Shown: piece by piece, positions 63,283 through 64,000 of the stretch | Layout: each line of letters begins with the position of its first letter | Position numbering within the stretch: position 1 is the first letter of the stretch | Assembly (NCBI GenBank): GCA_016183565.1 | Contig: JACPEJ010000001.1 | Location: 422,479 to 486,478 of the forward strand | DNA length: 64,000 nt | Direction of reading: 5' to 3' | Origin: Candidatus Blackburnbacteria bacterium | GTDB lineage: Bacteria > Patescibacteriota > Microgenomatia > UBA8517 > UBA10165 | Translations under genes and position numbers: made by a program | Notes under the pieces: generated by a model | Database searches by the model: none | What the model saw: the letters and a program-made list of their open reading frames with translations, nothing else | What the model was told of the DNA's origin: nothing

Positions 63283-64000
63283 GGGAAAAGTCTGTTGGGG
63301 CCTCGATAGAGAAAGGTGGCTTCCCTCACATTTTTTAGTCCAAGCATTTGCATTAGCATCCTGGTTAGTCCAAAGCCATACCCGCCATGCGGTGGCGTCC
63401 CATACTTAAATATGTCTAAATAAAATTTCATTGAATCCAACCTGGCTCCTTTTTCCGTAGCTTGGCTTACTAAGACTTCATGCCTGTGTTCCCTTTGTGC
63501 ACCAGTAGTTATCTCGAGGCCTTTCCAGAGCAGATCAAAACTTCTGGTTAATTTTGGATTGTCCGGATAACGCATGTGGTAAAACGGCCTTAGATTTATC
63601 GGCCAGTCAACCACAAAGACAAATTCATGGCCGTAGTTCCTTTTTGCATACGCTCCGAGAAGCTTTTCTCCTTGTGGATCTAAATCACCTGGTTTGGTGT
63701 CAGGGGGAGGAGTATGACCAAGTTCGTCTTTCAAAATCCTTTGTGCATCCTCCATAGACAACCTAGGAAAAGGTATGGAAGGTACGACAATCTCAGTGTT
63801 ATAGTACTTTCTTATCTGGTCGCCATGCACACCTACGACTCTTTCAAACACAAACTTTAACCATCTTTCCTCGAATGCCATTACATCGTGGTGTGAATTT
63901 ATCCATGCGATTTCAACATCAACACTTGTAAACTCAGTGTCATGTCTTGATGTGAACGACGGATTTGCCCTAAACACTGGTCCTATTTCAAAAACGCGGT
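63279..64000 (-). CDS. aspS: Archaeal-type (likely non-discriminating) aspartyl-tRNA synthetase, 5' partial
   Basis: 'FRANPSFTSRHDTEF', 'RPFY', 'EITTGAQR', 'PPHGGYGFG'. Confidence 0.85.
   Translation of the reverse strand, partial: RVFEIGPVFRANPSFTSRHDTEFTSVDVEIAWINSHHDVMAFEERWLKFVFERVVGVHGDQIRKYYNTEIVVPSIPFPRLSMEDAQRILKDELGHTPPPDTKPGDLDPQGEKLLGAYAKRNYGHEFVFVVDWPINLRPFYHMRYPDNPKLTRSFDLLWKGLEITTGAQREHRHEVLVSQATEKGARLDSMKFYLDIFKYGTPPHGGYGFGLTRMLMQMLGLKNVREATFLYRGPNRLFP

Overview
Chromosomal window from a Candidate Phyla Radiation (Patescibacteria, probably Microgenomates-like) bacterium. This lineage call is an inference from gene content: eukaryote-type alpha2 GlyRS, DUF4012-like protein, VirD4/TraD-like ATPase, and mostly SD-less genes. 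1-23.7 kb is a co-oriented surface-glycosylation locus (GT2, GT4 and GT-C glycosyltransferases, flippase, O-antigen ligase-like protein, priming transferase). 23.9-27.6 kb holds recO, a REP-associated tyrosine transposase (RAYT) flanked by inverted REPs, and glyQS. 27.8-50.3 kb is a dcw cluster (mraZ rsmH ftsL ftsI murC murB murD murA murF femAB mraY ftsW murG ftsQ ftsA) with insertions and no ftsZ after ftsA. 50.3-61.2 kb is an accessory array of small modules, most separated by REP-like hairpins. The best candidate for an undescribed system is in this array. Four copies of a ~190-230-nt structured, covarying and mosaic leader RNA (extended -10 promoter, boxA-like site, invariant CCTGCATTGGGCAGGAA hairpin) each precede a small GC-rich, Asp/Gly/Ser-rich peptide gene, and a fifth peptide gene has a short leader. 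Four of the five peptides share an H...(H/R)xSW(D/G)...H core, and three are paired with a paralogous ~130-aa helical immunity-like protein. The window ends with a methyltransferase, a divergent AsnRS paralog and a convergent archaeal-type AspRS. All product calls come from motif recognition by eye; no searches were run.
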